From Acidobacteriota bacterium (GTDB lineage: Bacteria > Acidobacteriota > UBA890 > WLXD01), in assembly GCA_963666215.2 (NCBI GenBank), contig CAXWPL010000005.1, forward strand, positions 1,344,001-1,408,000: a stretch of 64,000 nt of DNA, in the 5' to 3' direction. Numbering within the stretch: position 1 is the first letter of the stretch; each line of letters starts with the position of its first letter. The position numbers and the translations under genes are program-made. The notes beneath the pieces were generated by a model. The model was not told the origin of the DNA. It did not search any database and worked only from the letters and a program-made list of their open reading frames with translations. Shown one piece after another: positions 31,436-41,942 of the stretch.

Positions 31436-31814
31436 GGTATTTCTCCTTTCGGGGCTCATGAGCACCCTCAGTCAAAGAGGGTGTAGCGCACCCGTGGGCA
31501 AAGCAACGTCCAGGACGCAACGGTCATGCCGAGCGGCTGCAGGATCCATTCTCCCTCTTTTCTGCACATCCTCTCATTGGCCGCTGTGAACGTCCCGTCC
31601 CCGCGGGGAGTGACAGAGCGGCCGACGCGGTTGAATCAATGGAAGAAGGCCTGGCTCTGCCCGCGCCCCCCGCAGGTACCTGTCCCTACCAGAGACCTCA
31701 TCCGCGCTGCCGTTAAGGGAGTCGCGCGCGTGGCTGGGCTCGGCATTCGAAGAGGTGCTCGTACCACCACGATCTCTTTGGCAGAATACCTACGTTAAGC
31801 GCGTCATCGGCTCC

Positions 31815-32035
31815 ATTCGCGAGAGTGTCTCGATTACGGGATCGTGCTGAACGAGGCCCATCTCCGCCGAGTCCCGCGTTTCTTTCCTCACCTACTACCA
31901 TCGCTCACGAACCCATATTTCCTAGACAAGGATGCTCCTGAGGCACGAGAGATTCAGTCTACGAGGATGGGACGTGTGGTGGAGTTGCCCCAGGTCGGTG
32001 TGCTCCATCACCCCTACCAATGCCGAGCGGCGGGG
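31815..32035 (+). pseudogene. rve (IS481-like) transposase C-terminal remnant
   Basis: VLNEAHLRR...LDKDAP...VVELPQVGVLHHPY..RAA. Confidence 0.7.
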
Positions 32036-32039
32036 TCAC

Positions 32040-32523
32040 CCGCCGGCGTTCTCAGGTCTCGGACCGCGACTGAAGAGCCACTCGAAGCGCTCGGACGAGG
32101 AGAGTGAGGAGCATGAAGAATAGCTTGGGCATGGCCGCACAGGCTGATGGAAGCGCCTCGGGAACGCAACAGCCATTCGCGCCAGGGGTGAACACTCGCG
32201 CTCTAACCTGGTGATTTCAGGTGCGGATCTGTTTTGAGGAGCGACACCCGGCCGGCATCGTCGAGTCGCGGGCGAGGTCGCTTCTGCTTCAGCGCGTCGA
32301 CCTGCTGTTTCAAGGCGACGTTCTCTAGAACAAGATCGGACCGCGACCGAAAGACAAGTCGGTGCGCTCGGAGAACGATCGTGAGGAGCATGAGGAAGAG
32401 CTTGGCCATGGCCGCATAGACTGACGGAAGCGGTTCGGGGACGCAACAGCCAATCGCGCCAGGGGTGAGGACTCGCGCTCTAATCTGCTGATTTCACAGG
32501 CGGATCTGTTTTGAGGAGCGACA
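32040..32523 (-). mobile_element. Two tandem left ends of an IS481-like rve element with 5' transposase stubs
   Basis: Two ~200-280 bp units ending ...GATCTGTTTTGAGGAGCGACA; MAKLFLMLL...LVLENVALKQQV..LKQKRPRPRL. Confidence 0.7.
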
Positions 32524-32524
32524 G

Positions 32525-33123
32525 GGCAATACGGCCGTGGGGGGCGTCTCCTGGGACAAGGCACGCGCTTTCTGCGCCTGGGTCGGCGGACGGTTGCCGA
32601 GCGAGGCAGAGTAGGAATAGACCGCTCGGCGGGGGGGGGGCTCGAGGACTCCCTCTACCCTTGGGGAGATGAAGTTCCAGTCTGTGTCGCAGGAGCTCCG
32701 AATGGAGCTGAGTTCGGGAAGGGCTACGACACAAAAGGGGCCTGTACCTACAACCAGACCTTCGACGTCGGCAGTTTCAGCCCGAATGGCTATGGACTCT
32801 TTGATATGGCTGGGGGTATGGAAGAGTGGGTGGAGGACATTTGGCACAAGAGTTATCGCGGGGCGCCCGGGGATGGCAGTGCCTGGTTGGGGGATGGCCC
32901 TCCCAAGAAGGTCGTCCACCGCGGCGGGAGCTGGCCGAGCGTCTTCGCTTCTAATCTGAGGGTCTGCGACCGTCCCCTTGGAACTCCGCCGACCTACGGG
33001 CTAGCCTATTTCGGTTTTCGCTGCGCTCGACATGTGCCTGGGATCTCTGGCGGTAGCAGTCAGGCACCTCTGCGGCCGACAGGCACTTTCTCTTTTTCTG
33101 CGTCGAATCACCCCCTGGTCTAA
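32525..33123 (+). pseudogene. Formylglycine-generating enzyme (SUMF1/FGE-sulfatase) domain fragment
   Basis: FCAWVGGRLPSEAE*, YPWG, PNGYGLFDMAG..EWV.D, RGGSW, GFRCAR, with stops and frameshifts. Confidence 0.8.
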
Positions 33124-33495
33124 GGTACGTGGTAGCCCGCGGCCATGGAGAGTTGCAACTTTCCCAGCCGACGGACCTCCGTGAGATTTCGTTCGAGGTG
33201 AGGATTAACTATCTGAGGCGGGTCAAGGAGGTGACCCCGATAGGCGGAAAGGATCGTGCAACTAGAGACCTAGCCAAGTCGCTCGAGGAGAAACGCTTCG
33301 TGTGTGGTTGGGAAAGCGGGGCAAGCTACACCGACGTTCTTCTTCGCGTGGTCGTACACATTCCGCCTGTCTGATCTTCGCTGGCAGAGCGTAGAGAAGA
33401 TGATCCTGGTCGTCTCATGAACTTGGTGTCGAAGGCAGTCAACCCTGTGAAGTGCCAACCGAAACCTACTTAAACAGGGAGGCCTTGGCACAGGG

Positions 33496-34701
33496 ATGTC
33501 AGAGCCCTTCGCCCATCTCGGAATACCGGTCGACGTACCGGCCTGGCCGCTCCTGGAGCTCGGGACCTTCTACTCTCGCTCCTGGGCAGCGGTCGACTTC
33601 TTTTTGTTCTTTGCACTGTTCACAGGTGTAGCCCGAGCTACGGTAGGGCGTCGGCTGGGAGGTCGCGAGGGACAGCTTGTCTCGATCGCGCTGGGGGCGA
33701 TGCTGGCCGTGGCGGCACTCGGGCTGGAGTTCGCTCTCGGTGTCAACCTGACAGCCTTCGGTGGCGTTGCGGTTACCGTCCTTGTGCTGGTGGTCGGCGT
33801 CGTCGTGTTCCAGATTCTCCGCACGGTAGGCCTTGGGCTGGGCTCAGCGATGGCGATTTCGGTGCTGGCTTTGGGACTCGGCTCGTCAGCCATCCGGCCC
33901 GACGGAGTAATCGCTGATCTAGTCTTCCTGATCCAGCTTGCAGCATTCATCGCTCTGGGCTATCTGGGCTTCCGTGCGGTCTCCGCCATCGGTCAGCACT
34001 CCTCGGGCAGAAGATTGAGACAATTCGCGGACCACATCGAAGAGGGCACGGTCGACGGCTATAGGAGTACTCCGTACTGCGTTGGCGCTCGCCCTCTCGG
34101 CGATCAACTACAGAGGGCATGGAGGACCATCACGCGTCGTTTGCGGCCGAGCACGGAGAAAGCGCAGAAGGACTCGGGACAGATCCTCAAAGAGCTACGG
34201 TTCGTCCGAGAACTGCTGAGCCACGAAGCACTCACCGACGAGGACCGGCGGAAGATCGCCACGACTCTTCGACGGGTTCCCCACGAGCGCCATCGGCTGA
34301 GGGTGGATCTCGATCGGGTTCGGCGGCTGGATCGGTCTCTTCTCCGGTTCGACGTCGAAGCTTGTGAGGAACTCCGCAAGAGAGTAGCCGGGCTCTCACC
34401 GAACGAGCAGGGACGACTCGCGCAGCTCATCGTCGAAGAGCGAGACAAGATTCGCATCGGGGAGCGCATCGAGCGCGCGGAGCGGTTCATCCGTGGCTAC
34501 GATGCCAACGCCGCGAACTCCCTAGAGAAGGCTGCTGAGGAACTCACCCAGGCCCGCCTCCTTGAGGCCCGACAGTCGATCGAGGTCGCTATCCGGTACG
34601 AGGAGGAGGCGATAGCCATGGTGATCCGTCTCGAGCGCGTGGAGGACATGTTGTTACGGTTGACGAGGCTCGAGATCAAGGAGGTCACCCGCGGGACTTG
34701 A
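33496..34701 (+). CDS. Membrane protein with ~5 N-terminal TM helices and a long C-terminal coiled coil
   Basis: Hydrophobic N-terminal 165 aa, charged heptad-rich C-terminus; last gene before the att site. Confidence 0.75.
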   Translation: MSEPFAHLGIPVDVPAWPLLELGTFYSRSWAAVDFFLFFALFTGVARATVGRRLGGREGQLVSIALGAMLAVAALGLEFALGVNLTAFGGVAVTVLVLVVGVVVFQILRTVGLGLGSAMAISVLALGLGSSAIRPDGVIADLVFLIQLAAFIALGYLGFRAVSAIGQHSSGRRLRQFADHIEEGTVDGYRSTPYCVGARPLGDQLQRAWRTITRRLRPSTEKAQKDSGQILKELRFVRELLSHEALTDEDRRKIATTLRRVPHERHRLRVDLDRVRRLDRSLLRFDVEACEELRKRVAGLSPNEQGRLAQLIVEERDKIRIGERIERAERFIRGYDANAANSLEKAAEELTQARLLEARQSIEVAIRYEEEAIAMVIRLERVEDMLLRLTRLEIKEVTRGT

Positions 34702-34739
34702 CGTCAGCGATCGAGCGCGTGCCAAGAAATTGGGATCCC

Positions 34740-34762
34740 ATGGGGGACTGATGGGGGAGTGA
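34740..34762 (+). repeat. Putative integrase arm-type sites
   Basis: Tandem ATGGGGGACTG / ATGGGGGAGTG about 140 bp from the tRNA fragment. Confidence 0.45.
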
Positions 34763-34896
34763 ATTCCCCTACAGAACGCGGAGAGCGCGGACTACGCTAG
34801 AAAGCGCGCGTCCGGTATCGCGCCTCAAGTTCCGCGTTTTCTGTCGTTTAGAGTCGTGTGGCATCGCTTCGCATCGCTGTTCCAGAACCCCGCTAC

Positions 34897-34955
34897 GGGA
34901 CTCAAAATCCCCCGAGGGAAACCTCGTGAGGGTTCGAGTCCCTCCCCCGGTACCA
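34897..34955 (+). tRNA. 3' half of tRNA-Leu(CAA): att-site duplication, not an intact gene
   Basis: GGGA-CTCAAAA-TCCC anticodon arm, long variable arm CGAGGGAAACCTCG, T-arm GAGGG-TTCGAGT-CCCTC, CCCCGGT-A-CCA. No D-arm or 5' acceptor strand upstream. Confidence 0.88.
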
Positions 34956-35041
34956 TTAGAAACAAACGACTTACGAAGATTCGACAAAACTCGCGACATG
35001 CCCATATTTGGCCGATTGTCCCTTTTTTGTCCCTGCGGCGG

Positions 35042-36148
35042 GGCGTTGGTGTATGAATCGGCGTCGACGCCCACGCTAGGATCGGCTCGGGATCCCGACC
35101 ATTCATGGAGGGGGGCGATGTCATGGCCGCACGCAAGTCGAGCCGAGTCAACCGCGAGTACAAGACAAGTACAGAGTCCGGAACTGGAGCGAGTACGAGC
35201 GGGGCCTCAGGAGCCGTGGGGATGTCACGATCTGGCTGAGCGAGGCGGCGATCGCCGCGTGGACGCCACCGAAGAACGGTCTCCGCGGAGGCCAACGACA
35301 GTACTCGAACCTCGCGATTCTGACTGCGTTGACGCTGCGAGTCGTCTTCCGGCTGCCGCTTCGCCAGACCGAGGGATTCCTGGACTCGCTGCTGAGCTTG
35401 ATGGGCCTGGGCCTCAAGGCCCCGGACCACACCACACTCTCGCGCCGGAACGAGGACGTCGAGGTGCCGCCCCTGAACCGAGCCCACGACGGCCCGATCC
35501 ACCTGGTCGTCGATTCCACGGGGCTCAAGATCCTGGGTTCTGGCGAGTGGAATGTGCATAGGTACAAGGCATCGAGGAAACGCCGGGAGTGGCGCAAGCT
35601 GCACCTCGGAGTGGATGACGAGGGCTTCATCGTGGCGGCCGAGCTCACGGCGAGTAGCGAAGGCGACGCCTCCACCCTCCCTGATCTACTTGCCCAGGTT
35701 GAGGTTCCAATCCAGCGTTTCACGGCAGACGGGGCCTATGACCACAGGTCGATCTACAATCGGGTCGTGGCGGCCGGCACAGAGGACATCATGATCGTGA
35801 TCCCACCTCGTCGTTCCGCGGTGTGCGCCGGGCCCACGGACGGCCCGTGGGCCCAGCGAGAAGCGGCTCTTCAGAGGATTCGTGAGGTCGGACGACGAGA
35901 GTGGCAGAAGGAGTCGGGTTACCGACAGCAGGCTCGCGTTGAGAACGGGTTCTTCCGATACAAGTCACTGCTCGGAGGCGACCTGAAGGCGAGGAACAGC
36001 AAGGCGCAGACGAGAGAGGCCATGATCGGGTGTCACATCCTGAACCGGATGGCAGGGCTCGGCAGGCCAGAGTCCTACGCTGTGTCGTGACGGAAGGGCC
36101 GGGAAAAGCGGCCCAGGCTCGCTCTGGGTCGAATCGTGCAACAACGCC
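35042..36148 (+). mobile_element. IS5-family (IS903-like) element; transposase 35123-36090 with a 5' frameshift
   Basis: IRs GGCGTTGGTGTATGAATCG and revcomp GGCGTTGTTGCACGATTCG; YRVRNWSEY, PDHTTLSRR, VDSTGLK, WRKLHL, ADGAYD. Confidence 0.9.
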
Positions 36149-36239
36149 CCTCTGCAGCGGACCAGCGTGTGGTGCTGACGGACGATCGCGCAGTGCTAAT
36201 GCTGTGGCCAACTTGCTGGCCTGTCCAGCCCCGCGCTGA

Positions 36240-37193
36240 CTACAACCGGATGTCCAGGACATCATTGAGGTACTGGACGTTGTGGTCCACGTTGTGGGCC
36301 ACGCTTCCTTCCCCGGGGCGCGGTTTGCCGTAGTCGAGGGACACCCAGCCGGTGAACTTCTTTTTTCGAAGGATTTTCGTGAAAGCCACGAAATCCACAC
36401 CACCCGTGCCCAACTTCTTGTAGAGATTGACCCGTGCGTGTTCCTGCCGTGAAGGTGTGGGGCCCTGGTACCCGCGGTATTTCGCCGCTACGTCCTTAAA
36501 GTGTATGGCCGCTACGCGATCATAGTGCTTGCTGAGGAACTTTACCGGATCAATACCGCCAAGTGTCAGATGCGAAGTATCCGCGGTCAGGTAGACGTAT
36601 CGCGGGTCGGTCAGCTCCAAGACGCGATCGACCTCCTCCTGCCGTTCCAGGGGTGACCAGAGGTGAGGGTGGGGAGCGAGCCTCACTCCGACGTCAGCAG
36701 TCTGTTTGCCCAGCTCGTTCAGCGCCTTGGCCATGGTTCGCAGTTGCTCGTCGCTGATCGTCCCTCCCTCGCGGCGGGGGCCCAGGTTGATTTTGAAATG
36801 CGAACAACCGAAGTGGGCAATGAAGTCGCGGGCAAACTTGGCGTGCTCGGCGATCGCCTCCTTCACCTTGGAAGGATCGGTGAAGTTGTCGGCTATCGGT
36901 GCGCCACCATTGGAGCATGTCGCCATGCGAATGCCGGCCGCATCCAGCAGCTCCTTGAGGGCCTGCGGCCGGTCAACGTATTTGAGGATGCTACCCCGGT
37001 AGGGCTCGATTCCCTCGAAGCCTCGGCGACCGCAATCGCGTATGGCTTCCTCAACGCTGTCGGGCCACATGTTTCCAACGTGGGCGACGCGGAACGTTCT
37101 CCCTGAGTGAGGGCGAGCAACCGTCTTTCCCTGTGCGGAGCCGACTACTGTCGCCGCTACTCCTGCGGCCAGGAATTCTCTTCGATTCATCAT
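36240..37193 (-). CDS. Tat-exported sugar phosphate isomerase/epimerase (IolE-like TIM barrel)
   Basis: NRREFL Tat motif, HPH, DTSH, IHFKD, LGTGGVDF. Confidence 0.85.
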   Translation of the reverse strand: MMNRREFLAAGVAATVVGSAQGKTVARPHSGRTFRVAHVGNMWPDSVEEAIRDCGRRGFEGIEPYRGSILKYVDRPQALKELLDAAGIRMATCSNGGAPIADNFTDPSKVKEAIAEHAKFARDFIAHFGCSHFKINLGPRREGGTISDEQLRTMAKALNELGKQTADVGVRLAPHPHLWSPLERQEEVDRVLELTDPRYVYLTADTSHLTLGGIDPVKFLSKHYDRVAAIHFKDVAAKYRGYQGPTPSRQEHARVNLYKKLGTGGVDFVAFTKILRKKKFTGWVSLDYGKPRPGEGSVAHNVDHNVQYLNDVLDIRL

Positions 37194-37502
37194 GGTCGTA
37201 CCTCACTTCGCTTTAAGGATGGAAACCATCCTCGGACTCGACTGTCTCCGAGGTCGTTTTTTTAGTGGCCTCAGTGTACACGCTTGGATCTCTCCAATAA
37301 AACCTAAAATTCCGACGCAGCGGTCGGTGGCGCGGAGTCTGAGTCGGAACATCCAAGTTCTCCTAGTTTGCCCGATCATAACCGGCATATCCACGAAACG
37401 GTCCGTGACCTGAGCAAGGGCAGATGGTAGGCTCTGCATTCACCTAATTCGAGCAGCTTGAGAATGGGCGGCACATGGGGCGCCGTGTCCAGGAGGCCGC
37501 CA

Positions 37503-38595
37503 ATGAAGAAGAGGGCTTATATCCTTTGTGGTTTTCTGGGGCTCGCTTGCCTGCCGAGCTTCGCCGCGAAAGACGACATCCCCAGAACGCCCGGCGGCAG
37601 GCCCGATCTGTCCGGTAATTACGACGTCTCCAACCTGACCCCGTGGGAGCGAGATCCGAAGTATGGCGACAACCTCTACATGACAGGAGACGATGCGCGA
37701 AAGATCGAGGACGCGGCCGCGACCGTCCTCGCCGAGGACGATGCTTCCAGGCGGGCTGCGGATCGCGGCGCGCTCCCGAGCGTCGGAGACGAGAACTTCC
37801 GCGGTGTGGGTGGGTACAACCGATTCTGGATCGATCGCGGCACCAAGACCTTCACCGTCGACGGGAGGTATCGCACCTCGGTTCTCACCGATCCTCCCGA
37901 CGGCCGCTTCCCACCAAAGACCGACGAGGGAGAGAAGCGCCTAGCGGCGCTGCCTCAGTTCTCCTACGAGAACAGCGGCACGGCCTGGTGGCTCGCATCG
38001 GGAGACGTTCCCTACGAGGGGCCCGAATCGCTGACCCTCCCAACTCGCTGCATCTACCATTCGAGAGCCACCATCCCGGTCTCGTCGACGTCCTACAACA
38101 ACCTAAAGACGATCACCCAAACCGACTCCACGGTGGTGATTCTCATCGAGTGGATGCACTGGGCTCGCATCATCCGTCTCGACTCCGAGCACCTAACCGC
38201 CCGACATTCGCACCTACGCCGGAGACTCGATCGGATGGTGGGAGGGAGACACCCTCGTGGTCGACACCGCCAATTTTCTGCGCGATCCCCCCTTGGCGGC
38301 GAGTGACCGCCGACGTGCGCCGGGCAACAACTCCGCCTTCTCTGCGTACGAGCCTGACGATGGGCTCCACGTCGTCGAGCGCCTCACTCGCCTCGACCGC
38401 GACGCCCTCTTCTACGAGTTCACGGTCGAGGACCCCGACTACACCGCACCCTACAGCGGCTCTTTCACCTGGCCGCGAACCGACAGCGGGCTCTACGAGT
38501 ACGCATGCCACGAAGGGAACTACTCGATGGGGAACACCCTGCGTGGCGCTCGCTTCTTGGAAGAGCAGTGGTACGAAAAGCAAAGCGCGCGGTAG
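37503..38595 (+). CDS. Secreted conserved hypothetical protein (PRTP.GRPDLSG...YEYACHEGN family), one frameshift near 38200
   Basis: Signal peptide; GDSIGWWEGDTLVVDT continues in a second frame. Confidence 0.75.
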
Positions 38596-38650
38596 GGGCG
38601 ATGAGGCCCCACAGAGGCACACACCTCCCCCAAGTCTGAAGGAGACCAGT

Positions 38651-40573
38651 ATGAGATGGATGGTTGTAGCGATGCTATGTGCGTCTTTGGTAGTCGGCTG
38701 CGGCGCCGGCGAGGAGCCGGCAGCCGAGGCACCGGCGGCGGACTCCGTGCCCGACGCTGCAGCCGCGGCACCCAATCCGACGCGGAACGCCTACTTCGGC
38801 GATCTCCATGTACACACCGGCTACTCACTCGACGCCTTTGTCTTCGGCACCACAGCAGATCCCAACGCAGCCTACGAGTTCGCCAAGGGCGGCGCGATCC
38901 TGCATCCGGCGGGCTTCGAGATGAAACTCGACCGGCCACTCGACTTTCAGGCGGTGGCCGATCACGGCATGTATCTCGGCATGCTCCCGGCAATGACCGA
39001 TCCCTCTTCACCAGCCTACGGTCACCCCATTGCCGAGGGCGTGCGCACTGCACGCTCGGCCGATGAGAGACGCGCCAACTTCCTGGCCGTAGGCCCCTAC
39101 ATCGCTCGAGAACCGGGAACCGAAGAGCACCTCAACATGGATATCGTGCGCGGCGCGTGGGAGGAGATCCAGGCGGCCGCCAACCGGCACAACGATCCTG
39201 GGACCTTCACCGCCTTGATCGGCTATGAATACACCTCTGCCGGCGGAGAGGGAAACAACCTGCACCGCAATGTGATCTTCCGCAGCACCGCGGCCCCCAC
39301 AGTTCCCTTCACCCGCTTCGACTCATCCAACCCTGAAGATCTTTGGGCCTCAATGGACGAGTGGCGCGCCCAGGGCATCGACTCGCTGGCCATTCCGCAC
39401 AACTCGAACGCCTCAGGGGGTCGCATGTTCGAGCTCGACTACTTCAACGGTGGTGCGATCGACGATGCCTACTCGGAGCTGCGCTCGCGCAACGAGCCGG
39501 TGGTCGAGATGACGCAGGTCAAGGGTACCTCCGACACCCATCCGGCGCTGTCGCCCAATGACGAGTGGGCCGAATTCGAGATCATGCCGTACAAGATCGG
39601 TAACGTGATCCTCAGTCAGCCCGAAGGCAGCTACGTACGCGACGCCTACCTCAGAGGACTGGCGATCGCAGACGGAGGGACGAAAAACCCCTACAAGTTC
39701 GGCGTCATCGGCTCGAGTGACACCCACGTCGCCGCGGGCTCCTTCGAGGAGGACAACTACTGGTCGAAAACGGGCATTCTGGACGCCACAGCGCGGTTGC
39801 GCGGCTCGGTGCCGGGCACGGGAGTGAACGCCACCTCCGGCGATCCCTCGCAGCAGTCCGACTCCTCCATGCGCACCAGCGACGGCTCCGGCCGGACCTA
39901 CCGCGACACCTACTACCACACCTGGGGTGCGTCGGGCCTCGCCGGCGTATGGGCGGAGTCAAACACACGCGAGGCGATCTTCCAGGCCTTTCGGCGCAAG
40001 GAGACCTTCGCCACGTCGGGTCCGCGCATTCGTGTGCGCTTCTTCTCTCGGGCGGGGACCACCAGCGCCGATCTCGAGGATCCCGATTTCCTCACCAAAG
40101 CCTACGCAGAAGGCGTGCCGATGGGTGGCGACCTCTCCACCTCGAACGGGGCTGCACCAACCTTCGCGGCCTGGGCGCTGCGCGATCCGCTCGCCGCTCC
40201 GCTCGACCGGCTACAGATCATCAAGGGTTGGTCGGAGAACGGGAACAGCGAGGAGATGGTTTACGACCTCGCCTGTTCGGGCGCCGCGGCCGTCGACCCC
40301 GCCACCCATCGCTGCCCGGACAACGGGGCGAGCGTCGATCTCGCCACCTGCGCCATCAGTGCGGACGTCGGGGCCAACGAGCTCACAGGCGTGTGGACCG
40401 ACTCCGACTTCGACCCGGCGCATCGGGCTTTCTACTACGTGCGGGTGCTCGAGAACCCGACCTGCCGTTGGTCGACCTGGGATGCGCTGCGAGAGGGCGT
40501 CGAGCCGCGCCAGGACATGCCGTCCACAATTCGGGAGCGAGCCTGGTCTTCACCCATTTGGTATAGCCCGTAG
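38651..40573 (+). CDS. DUF3604 domain lipoprotein
   Basis: AYFGDLHVHTGYSLDA, NLHRNVIF, IPHNSNAS, GSSDTH, ERAWSSPIWY. Confidence 0.92.
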   Translation: MRWMVVAMLCASLVVGCGAGEEPAAEAPAADSVPDAAAAAPNPTRNAYFGDLHVHTGYSLDAFVFGTTADPNAAYEFAKGGAILHPAGFEMKLDRPLDFQAVADHGMYLGMLPAMTDPSSPAYGHPIAEGVRTARSADERRANFLAVGPYIAREPGTEEHLNMDIVRGAWEEIQAAANRHNDPGTFTALIGYEYTSAGGEGNNLHRNVIFRSTAAPTVPFTRFDSSNPEDLWASMDEWRAQGIDSLAIPHNSNASGGRMFELDYFNGGAIDDAYSELRSRNEPVVEMTQVKGTSDTHPALSPNDEWAEFEIMPYKIGNVILSQPEGSYVRDAYLRGLAIADGGTKNPYKFGVIGSSDTHVAAGSFEEDNYWSKTGILDATARLRGSVPGTGVNATSGDPSQQSDSSMRTSDGSGRTYRDTYYHTWGASGLAGVWAESNTREAIFQAFRRKETFATSGPRIRVRFFSRAGTTSADLEDPDFLTKAYAEGVPMGGDLSTSNGAAPTFAAWALRDPLAAPLDRLQIIKGWSENGNSEEMVYDLACSGAAAVDPATHRCPDNGASVDLATCAISADVGANELTGVWTDSDFDPAHRAFYYVRVLENPTCRWSTWDALREGVEPRQDMPSTIRERAWSSPIWYSP

Positions 40574-40611
40574 CCTCAGAAGACGAATTCCAACTGCCGT
40601 AAGCGGCCGTC

Positions 40612-40810
40612 TCAGGAGAAGCTACTCCGGGCTTGTCCCATGAGGTCGTCTGCGAGGTGTTTGTCTCCAGCCCACGAGACGCCGCTTAGAAAGACGCCAG
40701 CGCACGGGACTCGCAGGTCGACCCAGCCGAGAGAACCGACGGCGCCCAGGTGACGCACCCAGCTGCCTTCCGGCGCCAGATTCCAACCGAGCCCATACGG
40801 ACCTTCCTCT
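40612..40810 (-). pseudogene. Serine hydrolase/beta-lactamase C-terminal fragment
   Basis: YGLGW...HLGAVGSLGWVD. Confidence 0.5.
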
Positions 40811-40868
40811 CGGCTAGCGCCGTAGGGGTCGGTCGGAGGCGGTCGATCTGCGAGCTCGGCGGACGGGT

Positions 40869-40989
40869 AGGAAATCGCTTTTCTGAGCATGAGGAGCATG
40901 AGGGTTTTCGGAGGCCTGGGCGAGAGCTGGAGGTCCTGGGGGTGACTTCTCGGCGGCTCGACAGCAGGATTAGAGTGCGCGGGCCTGGC
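40869..40989. repeat. 121-bp dispersed repeat, copy 1 (copy 2 at 46874-46994)
   Basis: Near-identical AGGAAATCGCTTTTCTGAGCATGAGGAGCATGAGG...GCGCGGGCCTGGC. Confidence 0.85.
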
Positions 40990-41942
40990 GGCAGGTGGGT
41001 CGCGAGAGTGCTTGGAGGCGTGCGCGGCAGCGGGGCCCCCAGGGAGTCCCCGGAGGGGAGCCAGAGGAGTCGAGGGTCCCCCGGGAGCGTCAGGCGCTCT
41101 TTGTGTCGGCAGGGATGGGTGTCTTCATATGAGCTTGCTCGATTCCGAGGGCGTGCCGGTCGCCTACGATGTGGATGCGCCCTACGGGCTCAGCCGCACC
41201 GGCGGTAGCTCCGCCGCCGGTATCCTGCGCCATGCTTCCGCCCTGTGCGCCTTGACGGCGCCGAGCGTTGTCTCCTACCTACGCCTCGAGCCCCACCGCT
41301 GGAGCTCGGCATGGAGCAACCTGGGCTGGCGCGACCGTGAGGCGTTGGTGCGGATCTGTCCCTTGAACGAGATCGCGGGCAAAGGGCTCTCCGATCAGTT
41401 GCGTAGCGGCTCCGGCCACCAGATTTCCGTGATCGACCACAGCGGCCGTGTGCAGCACCATCTCCACGATTTGGAGCGTGGTCCCGATCAAGGCGTATCG
41501 GGTCCATCGGCGTGTGCGGTCTGGGAGTGACGGGGTGGCCCGAAGGGCCACGAGGCCGGCGAAGAAGGCCACGAAACCCACCAGCATCAACGAATGCGAG
41601 CGCACCTAGGCAGGATGCCCCAGCATCTCCTCCAGGGTGCCGTCGGGATGCTGCGGTCCCCCGACCAGCAGGAGCACGGCCGCAAGGACAAAAGCTGGAC
41701 GCCAGAGCGCTACGCCGCTCATGCGTCAACTCCAGTGGCGCTGATCTCGTAGTGGCCGAGCCGTGTGCCGACGCCAAGCGACACTGACCCTCCTTGGATG
41801 GGTGACTACGCCTGGGATTATAGGTCGCAGCCGAAGGAGCCGCGCATGTCAGTGAGGATCGTGTGCAGTGATATGACCGAAGGTGACAACCCGCTGGAGC
41901 GGGAAGGGAAGAAAAGTAGAATGATCCCCTGCGAGTTGGCTG

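Noticed and set aside
32040-32523. CRISPR-like or tandem repeat array
   Set aside because: Only two long units, both matching transposase 5' ends; no cas genes or repeat-spacer periodicity seen in the window.
34880-34955. Intact tRNA-Leu gene
   Set aside because: No 5' acceptor strand or D-arm upstream of 34897; it is an att duplication.
37643-38650. 976-aa ORF as one long protein
   Set aside because: The first 336 codons overlap another gene's real frames; DUF3604 starts at 38651 with an SD and a lipoprotein-like signal.
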